DNA of 29,217 nt from Caldisericota bacterium (lineage in GTDB: Bacteria > Caldisericota > Caldisericia > JAAYUI01): positions 1 to 29,217 of the forward strand of contig JAKPMO010000013.1 in NCBI GenBank assembly GCA_029548865.1. Reading direction: 5' to 3'. Positions 26,944-29,217 of the stretch are shown here, in pieces. The position numbers were made by a program, and so were the translations under genes. Positions within the stretch are counted from its first letter, which is position 1, and each line of letters starts with the position of its first letter. The notes under the pieces are model-generated. The model worked only from the letters and a program-made list of their open reading frames with translations. It did not search any database and was not told the origin of the DNA.

Positions 26944-28554
26944 TCAACATATTATCCACATACCCGTTTTGTTTGAACCAACATGTTTGATTTTGCCTTC
27001 AATTTTTAATTGACGCAGTAGAGTTTGAATGTGAGTTCTATTGATATTTTGCAGTAATTGTTCAAAATCTTGCATTTTTCCTTGTCCATGATCTTTAATG
27101 TGTTGTAAAATTAATAATTTATTTTCAGCATCAGGTAAGCCTTTATTTCGAGAATATTCCCCACGTTTATTTGCAGTTACATAATATTCCCTAGATAGAA
27201 TGTATTTGGTACCTTTTCCGTAGCCTATATTCTCAATCAATCTCTTTTGCTTTAGTGATTTAATTGTGTCCGTATTACAATGATTTTTTTTAATCTGTTG
27301 CCCAGTACAAATATGCCATAAGGTAATAAGCTCATGTATTGAAATGTCAAAATTAGTTAATTGATCTATATATTGAATAAAATTGGGATCCAATACATGA
27401 CCTTGTATTGATAAATGTACCTGATTGCTTGTGGTATTTGATAAATCAGGCCCATTTTTCGAATCTTTCAATAATGATTTCCACATCATATCGTAACCTT
27501 GTCCAGCTCTTTCAACAAGTCCGCATTTTTGTAATGATTCTGCAATTAGCCTGTTTCTTGGATTCGTTTGATCAATTATATTATCGATGTCAATTCCTTC
27601 AGGTAGTCCTCCTGGGCTTATAATATCTAGAGAAGAGCTTGTTAGTTTGATATTTATTGAATTGCCATCCCGATAATCTCTATGGCAAAACGCATTCAAT
27701 AAAGCTTCTCTAATTACGTTCATTCTGAATGTTGGGATTTCTGTAATAAATAAATTGTCTCCTCGAATTTGTTGTTTTTTATTATATAGTTCAATTACAT
27801 TACATATCTCCTCTAAGTAGCCAAGGAATCCTTTTTTGAATTCTATCCTTTTATCTGGTTCGATTCTACTTTTCTCCGACCTATATTCGAATATAGTTTC
27901 TGAATGTCCCAGTAGTTTTTGAATTGATTTTTCCTTCCCCATCATTATCAAAGATGCATATGTTATATTATTATTATTTATAAGTCCTGCATCTGTGAGT
28001 AGTTGCTTTTTTGAAAGATTTTTGTTAATTCCATTTTCTTTTGCTGTCCATTTTGATATGAAATAATCTATGGATTGTTCATCAAGATCATCAATATTCG
28101 CGTCACTTATATTTAGCGCTGAGAAGTCAGGAGTTTGTTTTTTAAATTCGTCATTTAGATCATCCCAACTCATTGCTTCAGTGGATTCTCCACACCTTGT
28201 CAAAAACTTACCATTATAATTATTGTATCTGCCTGGCATGTGGCATGGTATCTCGAATACAAGAATTCGTTTACCATCTAAGTAGTATTCAACTATATTT
28301 ATTCTTAGTTTTATACTATCATAAATTGACTTTTTTATCTTATTGATATTCTGGTAGGCATTTGTTCCAATTATCCTTCTCGGTTTTTTATCCGTTACTC
28401 CAAAAATAAGAAAACCGCCTTTTACATTCGATATTGCTACGCATGATTCAAATAGTTTCTCATTGTTAAAATTACAATATGCTTCCTTGAATTCACAGTA
28501 CTCATTTTCTCTGCTTCCCTTAATTAGCTCACTCAATTCATTTTCATTTAACAT
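26944..28554 (-). CDS. Schlafen/AlbA_2 domain + HATPase_c_4 (RecG C-terminal-like) + winged-helix protein
   Basis: 'ENEYCEFKEA...AISNVKGGFLIFGVTD'; 'REALLNAFCHRDY', 'SPGGLP', 'PRNRLIA...VERAGQG'; C-terminal wHTH. Visibly AT-rich. Confidence 0.85.
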   Translation of the reverse strand: MLNENELSELIKGSRENEYCEFKEAYCNFNNEKLFESCVAISNVKGGFLIFGVTDKKPRRIIGTNAYQNINKIKKSIYDSIKLRINIVEYYLDGKRILVFEIPCHMPGRYNNYNGKFLTRCGESTEAMSWDDLNDEFKKQTPDFSALNISDANIDDLDEQSIDYFISKWTAKENGINKNLSKKQLLTDAGLINNNNITYASLIMMGKEKSIQKLLGHSETIFEYRSEKSRIEPDKRIEFKKGFLGYLEEICNVIELYNKKQQIRGDNLFITEIPTFRMNVIREALLNAFCHRDYRDGNSINIKLTSSSLDIISPGGLPEGIDIDNIIDQTNPRNRLIAESLQKCGLVERAGQGYDMMWKSLLKDSKNGPDLSNTTSNQVHLSIQGHVLDPNFIQYIDQLTNFDISIHELITLWHICTGQQIKKNHCNTDTIKSLKQKRLIENIGYGKGTKYILSREYYVTANKRGEYSRNKGLPDAENKLLILQHIKDHGQGKMQDFEQLLQNINRTHIQTLLRQLKIEGKIKHVGSNKTGMWIIC

Positions 28555-28743
28555 ACCAATAAAATACCCAATAAGAGATATTTTTCAATCTAAAGTCATC
28601 AATTATAAAAACCAATCTGATAAGAATATAATTACAACGTTTTTCAAATAATCTTTTTTCAACCTCCAGCCTTTTTCGGCTTTACATTCTGCCCCCATGC
28701 TCTAAAATCTTTTCAAGACTTATTAAAAAAGAAGAGGACAGTG

Positions 28744-29217
28744 ATGCTCGGAACATGTGTTGCCATTTTGTCTGCCGCTTTTGCGCTGGCGCTCCTTGCC
28801 AGGCCGGTTTTTGCTTTCGCCCCAAACAGCAGGGCGCTTTTTTTCAGGCGCTCAAAGGACTTTGACAAGCCAATCGAAATTCCTGACGAATACAAAAAAT
28901 CCAGACAGGCAGAGAAAAAAACTGGCGACCAGCCACAGGCCCCACTGCCACAACAGCCGCCAGCCGGGCCAAAAAAGCCGTCCCCATTTTTGAAGGTTGT
29001 CCTTCCAATCGTTGTTATTGGCGTGGTTGCGATGATCGTTGTTTTTGTTGTTCTTTCGACGATCCCGAAACCAGTGGAGGACAAGCCATTCGAGGGAAAG
29101 CTCTTTGTTGCCACAGTTCCTGGCGACTGGGAGCCAAAGGACGATGGCCCAAAGGTGGAATTTGCAAAAATGGGCAAGTTCCAGTTCAAGATAACGGCCT
29201 CCACGATACCGGTTGGC
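28744..29217 (+). CDS. Hypothetical membrane protein, 3'-truncated (absent from the ORF track)
   Basis: GAAGAGGA SD, then an open frame to the window end: MLGTCVAILSAAFALALLARPVFA...QPQAPLPQQPPAGPKKPSPFLKVVLPIVVIGVVAMIVVFVVLSTIPKP... Confidence 0.7.
   Translation, partial: MLGTCVAILSAAFALALLARPVFAFAPNSRALFFRRSKDFDKPIEIPDEYKKSRQAEKKTGDQPQAPLPQQPPAGPKKPSPFLKVVLPIVVIGVVAMIVVFVVLSTIPKPVEDKPFEGKLFVATVPGDWEPKDDGPKVEFAKMGKFQFKITASTIPVG

Noticed and set aside
28713..29204. Minus-strand 163-aa ORF and plus-strand 28757-28993 ORF
   Set aside because: Shadows of the plus-strand frame starting at 28744, which has an SD, a signal-like N-terminus and a TM helix.

Overview
Bacterial chromosomal window, probably from a deep-branching anaerobe. 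The 16S sequence and the repertoire of DUF11/PKD, dockerin, stalk-domain and propeller secreted proteins suggest Caldisericota, but this is unverified inference. From left to right: the 3' part of a large secreted repeat/DUF11/PKD protein; a minus-strand run (M6 metalloprotease-dockerin, RNase J-like MBL hydrolase, ATC-hydrolase family protein, stalk-domain protein, carboxypeptidase-regulatory-like protein, ddl); a type-2 ileS with a non-canonical GIHH motif, coupled to an ECF sigma/anti-sigma/LiaF-like/PspC/bactofilin-like envelope-stress cluster; a fragmented Feo locus (feoA, a Cys-insert-bearing P1B ATPase, feoB, and a detached feoC-like gene) interrupted by an ECF S-component, a methyltransferase and a propeller protein; a stand-alone 16S rRNA gene with tandem promoters, its own processing stem and terminator, and no tRNA or 23S; small membrane, lipoprotein and methyltransferase genes; an AT-rich Schlafen/AlbA_2-HATPase gene; and a partial membrane-protein gene. 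The most notable signals are the unlinked 16S gene, the metal ATPase with two extra CxxC...CxxC modules nested inside feoAB, the GIHH IleRS2, and a recurring leaderless-promoter architecture at six minus-strand genes. No CRISPR array, tRNA or transposase was seen.
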